A model generated the notes under the pieces. That model was not told the DNA's origin. It worked only from the letters and a program-made list of their open reading frames with translations, and made no database searches. From the NCBI GenBank assembly GCA_964016885.1, contig OZ024744.1, positions 17,360,001-17,424,000 of the forward strand: 64,000 nt of DNA, in the 5' to 3' direction. Made by a program: the position numbers and the translations under genes. Positions 12,403 through 27,400 of this stretch are shown one piece after another. The stretch's first letter is position 1, and each line of letters starts with the position of its first letter. Source of the stretch: Eledone cirrhosa. Lineage: Eukaryota.

Positions 12403-15400
12403 GTTGATACTCATTGCTGACCTGTACACCATCAGACATTGACGGCAGGTTGATACTCATTGCTGACCTGTACACCATCAGACATTGACGACAGGTTGAT
12501 ACTCATTGCTGACCTGTACACCATCAGGTATTGACGGCAGGTTGATACGCATTTCTGAGCTGTACACCATCAGACATTGACGATAGGTTGATACTCATTG
12601 CTGACCTGTACACCATCAGACATTGACGGCAGGTTGATACTCATTGCGTACCTGTACACCATCAGATATTGACGACATGTTGATACTCATTGCTGACCTG
12701 TACACCATCAGACATTGACGGCAGGTTGATACTGATTGCTGACCTGTACACCATCAGATACTGACGACAGGTTGATACTCATTGCTGACCTGTACACCAT
12801 CAGACATTGACGGCAGGTTGATACTCATTGCTGACCTGTACACCATCAGACATTGACGGCAGGTTGATACTCATTGCTGACCTGTACACCATCTGTTATT
12901 GACGACAAGTTGATATTCATTGCTGACCTGTACACCATCAGATATTGACAGCAGGTTGATACTCATTGCTGACCTGTACACCATTAGGTATTGACGGCAG
13001 GTTGATACTCATTTCTGACCTGTACACCATCAGACATTGACGATAGGTTGATACACATTGCTGACCTGTACACCATCAGATATTGACGACATGTTGATAC
13101 ACATTGCTGACCTGTACACCATCAGATACTGACGACAGGTTGATACTCATTGCTGACCTGTACACCATCAGATACTGACGACAGGTTGATACTCATTGCT
13201 GACATGTACACCATCAGATACTGACGACAGGTTGATACTCATTGCTGACCTGTACACCATCAGGTATTGACGACAGGTTGGTACTCATTGTTGACCTGTA
13301 CACCATCAGATACTGACGACAAGTTGATACTCATTGCTCACCTGTACACCATCAGGCATTGACGGCAGGTTGATACTCATTGCTGACCTGTACACCATCA
13401 GGTATTGACGACAGGTTGATACTCATTGCTGACCTGTACACCATCAGGTATTGACGACAGGTTGATACTCATTGCTGACCTGAACACCATCAGACATTGA
13501 CGGCATGTTGATACTCATTGCTGACCTGTACACCATCAGATACTGACGACAGGTTGATACTCATTGCTGACATGTACACCATCAGATACTGACGACAGGT
13601 TGATACTCATTGCTGACCTGTACACCATCAGACATTGACGGCAGGTTGATACTCATTGCTGACCTGTACACCATCAGGTATTGACGGCAGGTTGATACTC
13701 ATTGCTGACCTGTACACCAACATATATTGACGGCAGGTTGATACTCATTGCTGACGTGTACACCATCAGACATTGACGACAGGTTGATACTCATTGCTGA
13801 CCTGTACACCATCAGACATTGATGACAGGTTGATACTCATTGCTGACCTGTACACCATCAGACATTGACGTTAGGTTGATACTAATTGCTGACCTGTACA
13901 CCTTCAGATATTGATGTCAGGTAGATACTCATTGCTGACCTTACACCATCAGGTATTGACGGCAGGTTGATACTCATTGCTGACTTGTACACCATCAGAT
14001 ACTGACAACAGGTTGATACTCATTGCTGACCTGTACACCATCAAACTCTGACGGCAGGTTGATACTCATATTTGACCTGTACACCATCAGGTATTGAGGC
14101 AGGTTGATACTCATTGCTGACCTGTACACCATCAGACATTGACGACATGTTGATACTCATTGCTGACCTGTACACCATCAGATACTGACGACAGGTTGAT
14201 TCTCATTTCTGACCTGTACACCATCAGACATTGACGGCAGGTTGATACACATTGTTGAACTGTACACCATCAGACATTGACGGCAGATTGATACTCATTG
14301 CTGACCTGTACACCATCAGACATTGACGACAGGTTAATACTCATTGCTGACCTGAACACCATGAGACATTGACGGCAGGTTGATAGTCTTTGCTGACCTG
14401 TATACCATCAGATACTGACAATCGTTTGATAATCATTGCTGGCCTGTACACCATCAGGTATTGACGACAGTTTGGTACTCATTGCTGACCTGTACACCAT
14501 CAGAATTTGACGTCAGGTTGATACTCATTGCTGACCTGTACACCATCAGACATTGACGACAGGTTGATACTCATTACTGACCTGTACATCACATACTGAC
14601 GACATGTTGATACTCATTGCTGACATGTACACCATCAGATACTGACGACAGGTTGATACTCATTGCTCACCTGTACACCATCAGGCATTGACGGCAGGTT
14701 GATACTCATTGCTGACCTGAACACCATCAGACATTGACGGCAGGTTGATACTCATTGCTGACCTGTACACCATCAGATACTGACGACAGGTTGATACTCA
14801 TTGCTGACATGTACACCATCAGATACTGACGACAGGTTGATACTCATTGCTGACCTGTACACCATCAGGTATTGACGACAGGTTGATACTCATTGCTGAC
14901 CTGTACACCATCAAACATTGACGGCAGGTTGTTACTCATAGTTGACCTGTACACCATCATGTATTGACGACAGGTTGATACTCATTAGTGACCTGTACAC
15001 CATCAGGTATTGACGGCAGGTTGATACTCATTGCTGACCTGTACACCATCAGATACTGACGGCAGGTTGATACTCATTGCTGACCTGTACACCATCAGAC
15101 ATTGACGGCAGGTTGATACTCATTTCTGACCTGTACACCATCATACATTGACGATAGGTTGATACTCATTGCTGACCTGTACACCATCAGATATTGACGA
15201 CAGGTTGATACTCATTGCTGACCTGTAAACCGTCAGATATTGACGGCAGGTTGATACTCATTGCTGACCTGTACACCATCAGACATTGATGGCAGGTTGA
15301 TACTCATTTCTGACCTGTACACCATCATACATTGACGATAGGTTGATACTCATTGCTGACCTGTACACCATCAGATATTGACGACATGTTGATCCTCATT

Positions 15401-18400
15401 GCTGACCTGTACACCATCAGACATTGACGGCAGGTTGATACTCATTGCTGACCTGTACACCATCAGATACTGACGACAGGTTGATACTCATTGCTGACCT
15501 GTACACCATCAGACATTGAGGGCATGTTGATACTCATTGCTGACCTGTACACCATCTGGTATTGACGACAGGTTGGTACTCATTGTTGACCTGTACACCA
15601 TCAGATACTGACGACAAGTTGATACTCATTGCTGACCTGTACACCATCAGATATTGACGACAGGTTGGTACTCATTGATGACCTGTACACCATCAGGTAC
15701 TGACGACAGGTTGATTCTCATTGCTGACCTGTACACCATCAGGTATTGACGACAGGTTGATACACATTGCTGACCTGTACACCATCAGACATTGACCACA
15801 GGTTGGTATTCATTGCTGACCTGTACACCATCAGATACTGACGGCAGGTTGATATTCATTGCTGAGCTGTACACCATCAGACATTGACGACATGTTGATA
15901 CTCATTGCTGACCTGTACACCATCAGACATTGACGGCAGGTTGATACTCATTGCTGACCTGTACACCATCAGATACTGACGACAGGTTGATACTCATTGC
16001 TGACCTGTACACCATCAGACATTGACGGCAGGTTGATACTCATCGCTGACCTGTACACCATCAGACATTGACGGCAGGTTGATACTCATTGCTTATCTGT
16101 ACACCAACAGGTATTGACGACAGGTTGATACTGATTGCTGACCTGTACACCATCAGATACTGACGACAGGTTGATACTCATTGCTGACCTGTACACCATC
16201 AGACATTGACGGCAGGTTGATACTCATTGCTGACCTGTACACCATCAGGTATTGACGGCAGGTTGATACTCATTGCTGACCTGTACACCAACATATATTG
16301 ACGGCAGGTTGATACTCATTGCTGACGTGTACACCATCAGACATTGACGACAGGTTGATACTCATTGCTGACCTGTACACCATCAGACATTGATGACAGG
16401 TTGATACTCATTGCTGACCTGTACACCATCAGTCATTGACGTTAGGTTGATACTAATTGCTGACCTGTACACCTTCAGATATTGATGTCAGGTAGATACT
16501 CATTGCTGACCTTACACCATCAGGTATTGACAGCAGGTTGATACTCATTGCTGACTTGTACACCATCAGATACTGACAACAGGTTGATACTCATTGCTGA
16601 CCTGTACACCATCAAACTCTGACGGCAGGTTGATACTCATATTTGACCTGTACACCATCAGGTATTGAGGCAGGTTGATACTCATTGCTGACCTGTACAC
16701 CATCAGACATTGACGACATGTTGATACTCATTGCTGACCTGTACACCATCAGATACTGACGACAGGTTAATACACATTGCTGACCTGCAAACCATCAGAC
16801 ATTGACGGCAGGTTGATAGTCTTTGCTGACCTGTACACCATCAGATACTGACAATCGTTTGATAATCATTGCTGGCCTGTACACCATCAGGTATTGACGA
16901 CAGTTTGGTACTCATTGCTGACTTGTACACCATCAGGTATTGACGGCAGGTTGATACACATTGTTGACCTGTACACCATCAGACATTGACGGCAGGTTGA
17001 TACACATTGCTGACCTGTACACCATCAGGTATTGACGACAGGTTGATATCATTGCTAACCTGTACACCATCAGACATTGACGACAAGTTGATACTCATTG
17101 CTGACCTGTACACCATCAGAAAATGACGACAGCTTGATACTCATTGCTGACCTGTACACCATCAGACATTGACGGCAGGTTGATACTCATTGCTTACCTG
17201 TACACAATCAGACATTGACAGCAGGTTGAAACTCATTGTTGACCAGTACACCATCAGATACTGACGACAGGTTGATACTCATTGCTGACCTGTACACCAT
17301 CATACATTGACGACAGGTTGATACTCATTGCTGACCTGTACACCATCAGACATTGACGACAGGTTGATACTCATTGCTGACCTGTACACCATCAGACATT
17401 GACGACAGGTTGATACTCATTGCTGACCTTTACACCACCAGACATTGACGACAGGTTGATACTCATTGCTGACCTGTACACCGTCAGATATTGACGGCAG
17501 GTTGATACTCATTGCTGACCTGTACACCATCAGACATTGACGGCAGGTTGATACTCATTTCTGACCTGTACACCATCATACATTGACGATAGGTTGATAC
17601 TCATTTCTGACCTGTACACCATCAGATATTGACGACATGTTGATCCTCATTGCTGACCTGTACACCATCAGACATTGACGGCAGGTTGATACTCATTGCT
17701 GACCTGTACACCATCAGATACTGACGACAGGTTGATACTCATTGCTGACCTGTACACCATCAAACATTGAGGGCAGGTTGATACTCATTGCTGACCTGTA
17801 CACCATGAGACATTGACGGTAGGTTGATACTCATTGCTGACCTGTACACCATCAGTTATTGACGACAAGTTGATACTCATTGCTGACCTGTACACCATCA
17901 GATATTGACAGCAGGTTGATACTCATTGCTGACCTGTACACCATCAGACATTGACGGCAGGTTGATACTCATTCCTGACCTGTACACCATCAGACATTGA
18001 CGGCAGGTTGATACTCATTGCTGACCTGTACACCATCAGTTATTGACGACAGGTTGATACTCATTGCTGACCTGTACACCATCAGACATTCACGGCAGGT
18101 TGATACTCATTGCTGACCTGTACACCATCAGACATTGACGGTAGGTTGATACTCATTGCTGACCTGTACACCATCAGATACTGACGACAGGTTGATACTC
18201 ATTGCTGACCTGTACACCATCAGAATTTGACGTCAGGTTGATACTCATTGCTGACCTGTACACCATCAGACATTGACGACAGGTTGATACTCATTGCTGA
18301 CATGTACACCATCAGATACTGACGACAGGTTGATACTCATTGCTGACCTGTACACCATCAGGTATTGACGACAGGTTGGTACTCATTGTTAACCTGTACA

Positions 18401-21400
18401 CCATCACATACTGACGACAAGTTGATACTCATTGCTCACCTGTACACCATCAGGCATTGACGGCAGGTTGATACTCATTGCTGACCTGTACACCGTCAGG
18501 TATTGACGACAGGTTGATACTCATTGTTGACCTGTACACCATCAGACATTGATGACAGGTTGATACTCATTGCTGACCTGTACACCATCAGAATTTGACG
18601 TCAGGTTGATACTCATTGCTGACCTGTACACCATCAGACATTGACGACAGGTTGATACTCATTGCTGACCTGTACATCACATACTGACGACATGTTGATA
18701 CTCATTGCTGACATGTACACCATCAGATACTGACGACAAGTTGATACTCATTGCTGACCTGTACACCATCAGATACTGACGACAGGTTGATACTCATTGC
18801 TGACATGTACACCATCAGATACTGACGACAGGTTCATACTCATTGCTCACCTGTACACCATCAGGCATTGACGACACATTGATACTCATTGCTGACCTGT
18901 ACACCATCAGGTATTGACGACAGGTTGATACTCATTGCTGACCTGTACACCATCAGGTATTGACGACAGGTTGATACTCATTGCTGACCTGTACACCATC
19001 AGATACTGACGACAGGTTGATACTCATTGCTGACATGTACACCATCAGATACTGACGACAGGTTGATACTCATTGCTGACCTGTACACCATCAGGTATTG
19101 ACGACAGGTTGGTACTCATTGTTGACCTGTACACCATCAGACATTGACGGCAGGTTGATACTCATTGCTGACCTGTACACCATCAGATATTGACAGCAGG
19201 TTGATACTCATTGCTGACCTGTGCACCATCAGACATTGACGGCAGGTTGATACTCATTGCTGACCTGTACACCATCAGACATTGACGGCAGGTTGATACT
19301 CATTGCTGACCTGTACACCATCAGTTATTGACGACAAGTTGATACTCATTGTTGACCTGTACACCATCAGACATTGATGACAGGTCGATACTCATTGCTG
19401 ACCTGTACACCATCAGAATTTGACGGCAGGTTGATACTCATTGCTGACCTGTACACCATCAGATTGATGACAGGTTGATACTCATTGCTGACCTGTACAC
19501 CATCAGACATTGACGACAGGTTGAAACTCATTGCTGACCTGTACACCACCAGACATTGACGACAGGTTAATACTCATTGCTGACCTGTACACCATCAGGT
19601 ATTGACGGCAGGTTGATACTCATTTCTGACCTGTACACCATCAGACATTGACGATAGGTTGATACACATTGCTGACCTGTACACCATCAGATATTGACGA
19701 CAGGTTGATACTCATTGCTGACCTGTACACCATCAGATATTGACGACAGGTTGATACTCATTGCTGACATGTACACCATCAGATACTGACGACAGGTTGA
19801 TACTCATTGCTGACCTGTACACCATCAGATACTGACGACATGTATATACTCATTGCTGACATGTACACCATCAGATACTGACGACAGGTTGATACTCATT
19901 GCTGACCTGTACACCATCAGATACTGACGACATGTTGATACTCATTGCTGACATGTACACCATCAGATACTGACGACAGGTTGATACTCATTGCTGACCT
20001 GTACACCATCAGGTATTGACGACAGGTTGGTACTCATTGTTGACCTGTACACCTTCAGATACTGATGTCAAGTTGATACTCATTGCTCACCTGTACACCA
20101 TCAGGCATTGACGGCAGGTTGATACTCATTGCTGACCTGTACACCATCAGGTATTGACGACAGGTTGATACTCATTGCTGACCTGTACACCATCAGGTAT
20201 CGACGACAGGTTGATACTCATTGCTGACCTGCACACCATCAGACATTGACGGCAGGTTGATACTCATTGCTGACCTGTACACCATCAGATACTGACGACA
20301 GGTTGATACTCATTGCTGACATGTACACCATCAGATACTGACGACAGGTTGATACTCATTGCTGACCTGTACACCATCTGGTATTGACGACAGGTTGGTA
20401 CTCATTGTTGACCTCTACACCATCAGATACTGACGACAAGTTGATACTCATTGCTGACCTGTACACCATCAGATATTGACGACAGGTTGGTACTCATTAA
20501 TGACCTGTACACCATCAGATACTGACGACAGGTTGATACTCATTGCTGACCTGTACACCATCAGGTATTGACGACAGGTTGATACACATTGCTGACCTGT
20601 ACACCATCAGACATTGACCACAGGTTGGTATTCATTGCTGACCTGTACACCATCAGATACTGACGGCAGGTTGATACTCATTGCTGACCTGTACACCATC
20701 AGACATTGACGACAGGTTAATACTCATTGCTGACCTGTACACCATCAGACATTGACGACAGGCTGATACTCATTGCTGACCTGTACACCACCAGACATTG
20801 TCGACAGGTTGATACTCATTGCTAACCTGTACACCATCAGACATTGACGGCAGGTTGATACTCATTGCTGACCTGTACACCATAAGACATTGACGACAGG
20901 TTGATACTCATTGCTGACCTGCACACCATCATATATTGACGACATGTTGATACTCATTGCTGACCTGTACACCATCAGACATTGACGGCAGGTTGATACT
21001 CATTGCTGACCTGTACACCATAAGATACTGACGACAGGTTGATACTCATTGCTGACCTGTACACCATCAGACATTGACGGCAGGTTGATACTCATTGCTG
21101 ACCTGTACACCATCAGACATTGACGGCAGGTTGATACTCATTGCTGACCTGTACACCATCAGTTACTGACGACAAGTTGATACTCATTGCTGACCTGTAC
21201 ACCATCAGATATTGACAGCAGGTTGATACTCATTGCTGACCTGTGCACCATCAGACATTTACGGCAGGTTGATACTCATTGCTGACCTGTACACCATCAG
21301 ACATTGACGGCAGGTTGATACTCATTGCTGACCTGTACACCATCAGTTATTGACGACAAGTTGATACTCATTGTTGACCTGTACACCATCAGACATTGAC

Positions 21401-24400
21401 GACAGGTTGATACTCATTGCTGACCTGTACACCATCAGAATTTGACGGAAGGTTGATACTCATTGCTGACCTGTACACCATCAGATTGATGACAGGTTGA
21501 TACTCATTGCTGACCTGTACACCATCAGACATTGACGACAGGTTGAAACTCATTGCTGACCTGTACACCACCAGACATTGACGACAGGTTAATACTCATT
21601 GCTGACCTGTACACCATCAGACATTGACGGCAGGTTGATACTCATTGCTGACCTGTACACCATCAGACATTGACGACAGGTTGATACTCATTGCTGACCT
21701 GTACACCATCAGACATTGACGATAGGTTGATACACATTGCTGACCTGTACACCATCAGATATTGACGACATGTTGATACTCATTGCTGACCTGTACACCA
21801 TCAGGTATTGACGACAGGTTGATACTCATTGCTGACCTGTACACCATCAGACATTGACGGCAGGTTGATACTCATTGCTGACCTGTACACCATCAGATAC
21901 TGACAACAGCTTGATACTCATTGCTGACCTGTACACCATCAGACATTGACGGTAGGTTGATACTCATTGCTGACCTGTACACCATCAGATATTGACAGCA
22001 GGTTGATACTCATTGCTGACCTGTACACCATCATACATTGACCACAGGTTGATACTCATTGCTGACCTGTACGCCATCAGACATTGACGAGAGTTTAATA
22101 CTCATTGCTGACCTGTACACCATCAGGTATTGACGGCAGGTTGATACTCATTTCTGACCTGTACACCATCAGACATTGACGGCAGGTTGATACTCATTGC
22201 TGACCTGTACACCATCAGATATTGACGACATGTTGATACTCATTGCTGACCTGTACACTATCAGACATTGACGGCAGGTTGATACTCATTGCTGACCTGT
22301 ACACTATCAGATACTGACGACAGGTTGATACTCATTGCTGAGCTGTACACCATCAGACATTGACGGCAGGTTGATACTCATTGCTGACCTGTACACCATC
22401 AGATATTGACGGCAGGTTGATACTCATTGCTGACCTGTACATCATCAGTTATTGACGACAAGTTGATACTTATTGCTGACCTGTACACCATCAGATATTG
22501 ACAGCAGGTTGATACTCATTGCTGACCTGTACACCATCAGACATTGACGCAGGTTGATACTCACTGCCCACCTGTACACCGTCAGGTATTGACGGCAGGT
22601 TGATACTCATTGCTGACCTGTACACCATCACTTATTGACGACAGGTTGATACTCATTGCTGACATGTACACCATCAGACATTGACGGCAGGTTGATACTC
22701 ATTGCTGACCTGTACACCATCAGACATTACGGTAGGTTGATACTCATTGCTGACCAGTACACCATCAGTTATTGACGACAAGTTGATACTCATTGTTAAC
22801 CTGTACACCATCAGACATTGACGACATGTTGATACTCATTGCTGACCTGTACACCATCAGACATTGACGGCAGGTTGATACTCATTGCTGACCTGTACAC
22901 CATCAGACATTGACGACAGGTTGATACTCATTGCTGACCTGTACACCATCAGGTATTGACGGCAGGTTGATACGCATTTCTGAGCTGTACACCATCAGAC
23001 ATTGACGATAGGTTGATACTCATTGCTGACCTGTACACCATCAGACATTGACGGCAGGTTGATACGCATTGCGTACCTGTACACCATCAGATATTGACGA
23101 CATGTTGATACTCATTGCTGACCTGTACACCATCAGACATTGACGGCAGGTTGATACTGATTGCTGACCTGTACACCATCAGATACTGACGACAGGTTGA
23201 TACTCATTGCTGACCTGTACACCATCAGACATTGACGGCAGGTTGATACTCATTGCTGACCTGTACACCATCAGACATTGACGGCAGGTTGATACTCATT
23301 GCTGACCTGTACACCATCTGTTATTGACGACAAGTTGATATTCATTGCTGACCTGTACACCATCAGATATTGACAGCAGGTTGATACTCATTGCTGACCT
23401 GTACACCATTAGGTATTGACGGCAGGTTGATACTCATTTCTGACCTGTACACCATCAGACATTGACGATAGGTTGATACACATTGCTGACCTGTACACCA
23501 TCAGATATTGACGACATGTTGATACACATTGCTGACCTGTACACCATCAGATACTGACGACAGGTTGATACTCATTGCTGACCTGTACACCATCAGATAC
23601 TGACGACAGGTTGATACTCATTGCTGACATGTACACCATCAGATACTGACGACAGGTTGATACTCATTGCTGACCTGTACACCATCAGGTATTGACGACA
23701 GGTTGGTACTCATTGTTGACCTGTACACCATCAGATACTGACGACAAGTTGATACTCATTGCTCACCTGTACACCATCAGGCATTGACGGCAGGTTGATA
23801 CTCATTGCTGACCTGTACACCATCAGGTATTGACGACAGGTTGATACTCATTGCTGACCTGTACACCATCAGGTATTGACGACAGGTTGATACTCATTGC
23901 TGACCTGAACACCATCAGACATTGACGGCATGTTGATACTCATTGCTGACCTGTACACCATCAGATACTGACGACAGGTTGATACTCATTGCTGACATGT
24001 ACACCATCAGATACTGACGACAGGTTGATACTCATTGCTGACCTGTACACCATCAGACATTGACGGCAGGTTGATACTCATTGCTGACCTGTACACCATC
24101 AGGTATTGACGGCAGGTTGATACTCATTGCTGACCTGTACACCAACATATATTGACGGCAGGTTGATACTCATTGCTGACGTGTACACCATCAGACATTG
24201 ACGACAGGTTGATACTCATTGCTGACCTGTACACCATCAGACATTGATGACAGGTTGATACTCATTGCTGACCTGTACACCATCAGACATTGACGTTAGG
24301 TTGATACTAATTGCTGACCTGTACACCTTCAGATATTGATGTCAGGTAGATACTCATTGCTGACCTTACACCATCAGGTATTGACGGCAGGTTGATACTC

Positions 24401-27400
24401 ATTGCTGACTTGTACACCATCAGATACTGACAACAGGTTGATACTCATTGCTGACCTGTACACCATCAAACTCTGACGGCAGGTTGATACTCATATTTGA
24501 CCTGTACACCATCAGGTATTGAGGCAGGTTGATACTCATTGCTGACCTGTACACCATCAGACATTGACGACATGTTGATACTCATTGCTGACCTGTACAC
24601 CATCAGATACTGACGACAGGTTGATTCTCATTTCTGACCTGTACACCATCAGACATTGACGGCAGGTTGATACACATTGTTGAACTGTACACCATCAGAC
24701 ATTGACGGCAGATTGATACTCATTGCTGACCTGTACACCATCAGACATTGACGACAGGTTAATACTCATTGCTGACCTGAACACCATGAGACATTGACGG
24801 CAGGTTGATAGTCTTTGCTGACCTGTATACCATCAGATACTGACAATCGTTTGATAATCATTGCTGGCCTGTACACCATCAGGTATTGACGACAGTTTGG
24901 TACTCATTGCTGACTTGTACACCATCAGGTATTGACGGCAGGTTGATACACATTGTTGACCTGTACATCATCAGACATTGACGGCAGGTTGATACACATT
25001 GCTGACCTGTACACCATCAGGTATTGACGGCAGGTTGATATCATTGCTAACCTGTACACCATCAGACATTGACGACAAGTTGATACTCATTGCTGACCTG
25101 TACACCATCAGATACTGACGACAGCTTGATACTCATTGCTGACCTGTACACCATCAGACATTGACGGCAGGTTGATACTCATTGCTTACCTGTACACAAT
25201 TAGACATTGACAGCAGGTTGATACTCATTGTTGACCAGTACACCATCAGATACTGACGACAGGTTGATACTCATTGCTGACCTGTACACCATCATACATT
25301 GACGACAGGTTGATACTCATTGCTGACCTGTACACCATCAAACATTGACGGCAGGTTGTTACTCATAGTTGACCTGTACACCATCATGTATTGACGACAG
25401 GTTGATACTCATTAGTGACCTGTACACCATCAGGTATTGACGGCAGGTTGATACTCATTGCTGACCTGTACACCATCAGATACTGACGGCAGGTTGATAC
25501 TCATTGCTGACCTGTACACCATCAGACATTGACGGCAGGTTGATACTCATTTCTGACCTGTACACCATCATACATTGACGATAGGTTGATACTCATTGCT
25601 GACCTGTACACCATCAGATATTGACGACAGGTTGATACTCATTGCTGACCTGTAAACCGTCAGATATTGACGGCAGGTTGATACTCATTGCTGACCTGTA
25701 CACCATCAGACATTGATGGCAGGTTGATACTCATTTCTGACCTGTACACCATCATACATTGACGATAGGTTGATACTCATTGCTGACCTGTACACCATCA
25801 GATATTGACGACATGTTGATCCTCATTGCTGACCTGTACACCATCAGACATTGACGGCAGGTTGATACTCATTGCTGACCTGTACACCATCAGATACTGA
25901 CGACAGGTTGATACTCATTGCTGACCTGTACACCATCAGACATTGAGGGCATGTTGATACTCATTGCTGACCTGTACACCATCTGTTATTGACGACAGGT
26001 TGGTACTCATTGTTGACCTGTACACCATCAGATACTGACGACAAGTTGATACTCATTGCTGACCTGTACACCATCAGATATTGACGACAGGTTGGTACTC
26101 ATTGATGACCTGTACACCATCAGATACTGACGACAGGTTGATTCTCAGTGCTGACCTGTACACCATCAGGTATTGACGACAGGTTGATACACATTGCTGA
26201 CCTGTACACCATCAGACATTGACCACAGGTTGGTATTCATTGCTGACCTGTACACCATCAGATACTGACGGCAGGTTGATATTCATTGCTGAGCTGTACA
26301 CCATCAGACATTGACGACATGTTGATACTCATTGCTGACCTGTACACCATCAGACATTGACGGCAGGTTGATACTCATTGCTGACCTGTACACCATCAGA
26401 TACTGACGACAGGTTGATACTCATTGCTGACCTGTACACCATCAGACATTGACGGCAGGTTGATACTCATCGCTGACCTGTACACCATCAGACATTGACG
26501 GCAGGTTGATACTCATTGCTTATCTGTACACCAACAGGTATTGACGACAGGTTGATACTGATTGCTGACCTGTACACCATCAGATACTGACGACAGGTTG
26601 ATACTCATTGCTGACCTGTACACCATCAGACATTGACGGCAGGTTGATACTCATTGCTGACCTGTACACCATCAGGTATTGACGGCAGGTTGATACTCAT
26701 TGCTGACCTGTACACCAACATATATTGACGGCAGGTTGATACTCATTGCTGACGTGTACACCATCAGACATTGACGACAGGTTGATACTCATTGCTGACC
26801 TGTACACCATCAGACATTGATGACAGGTTGATACTCATTGCTGACCTGTACACCATCAATCATTGACGTTAGGTTGATACTAATTGCTGACCTGTACACC
26901 TTCAGATATTGATGTCAGGTAGATACTCATTGCTGACCTTACACCATCAGGTATTGACGGCAGGTTGATACTCATTGCTGACTTGTACACCATCAGATAC
27001 TGACAACAGGTTGATACTCATTGCTGACCTGTACACCATCAAACTCTGACGGCAGGTTGATACTCATATTTGACCTGTACACCATCAGGTATTGAGGCAG
27101 GTTGATACTCATTGCTGACCTGTACACCATCAGACATTGACGACATGTTGATACTCATTGCTGACCTGTACACCATCAGATACTGACGACAGGTTAATAC
27201 ACATTGCTGACCTGCAAACCATCAGACATTGACGGCAGGTTGATAGTCTTTGCTGACCTGTACACCATCAGATACTGACAATCGTTTGATAATCATTGCT
27301 GGCCTGTACACCATCAGGTATTGACGACAGTTTGGTACACATTGTTGACCTGTACACCATCAGACATTGACGGCAGGTTGATACACATTGCTGACCTGTA

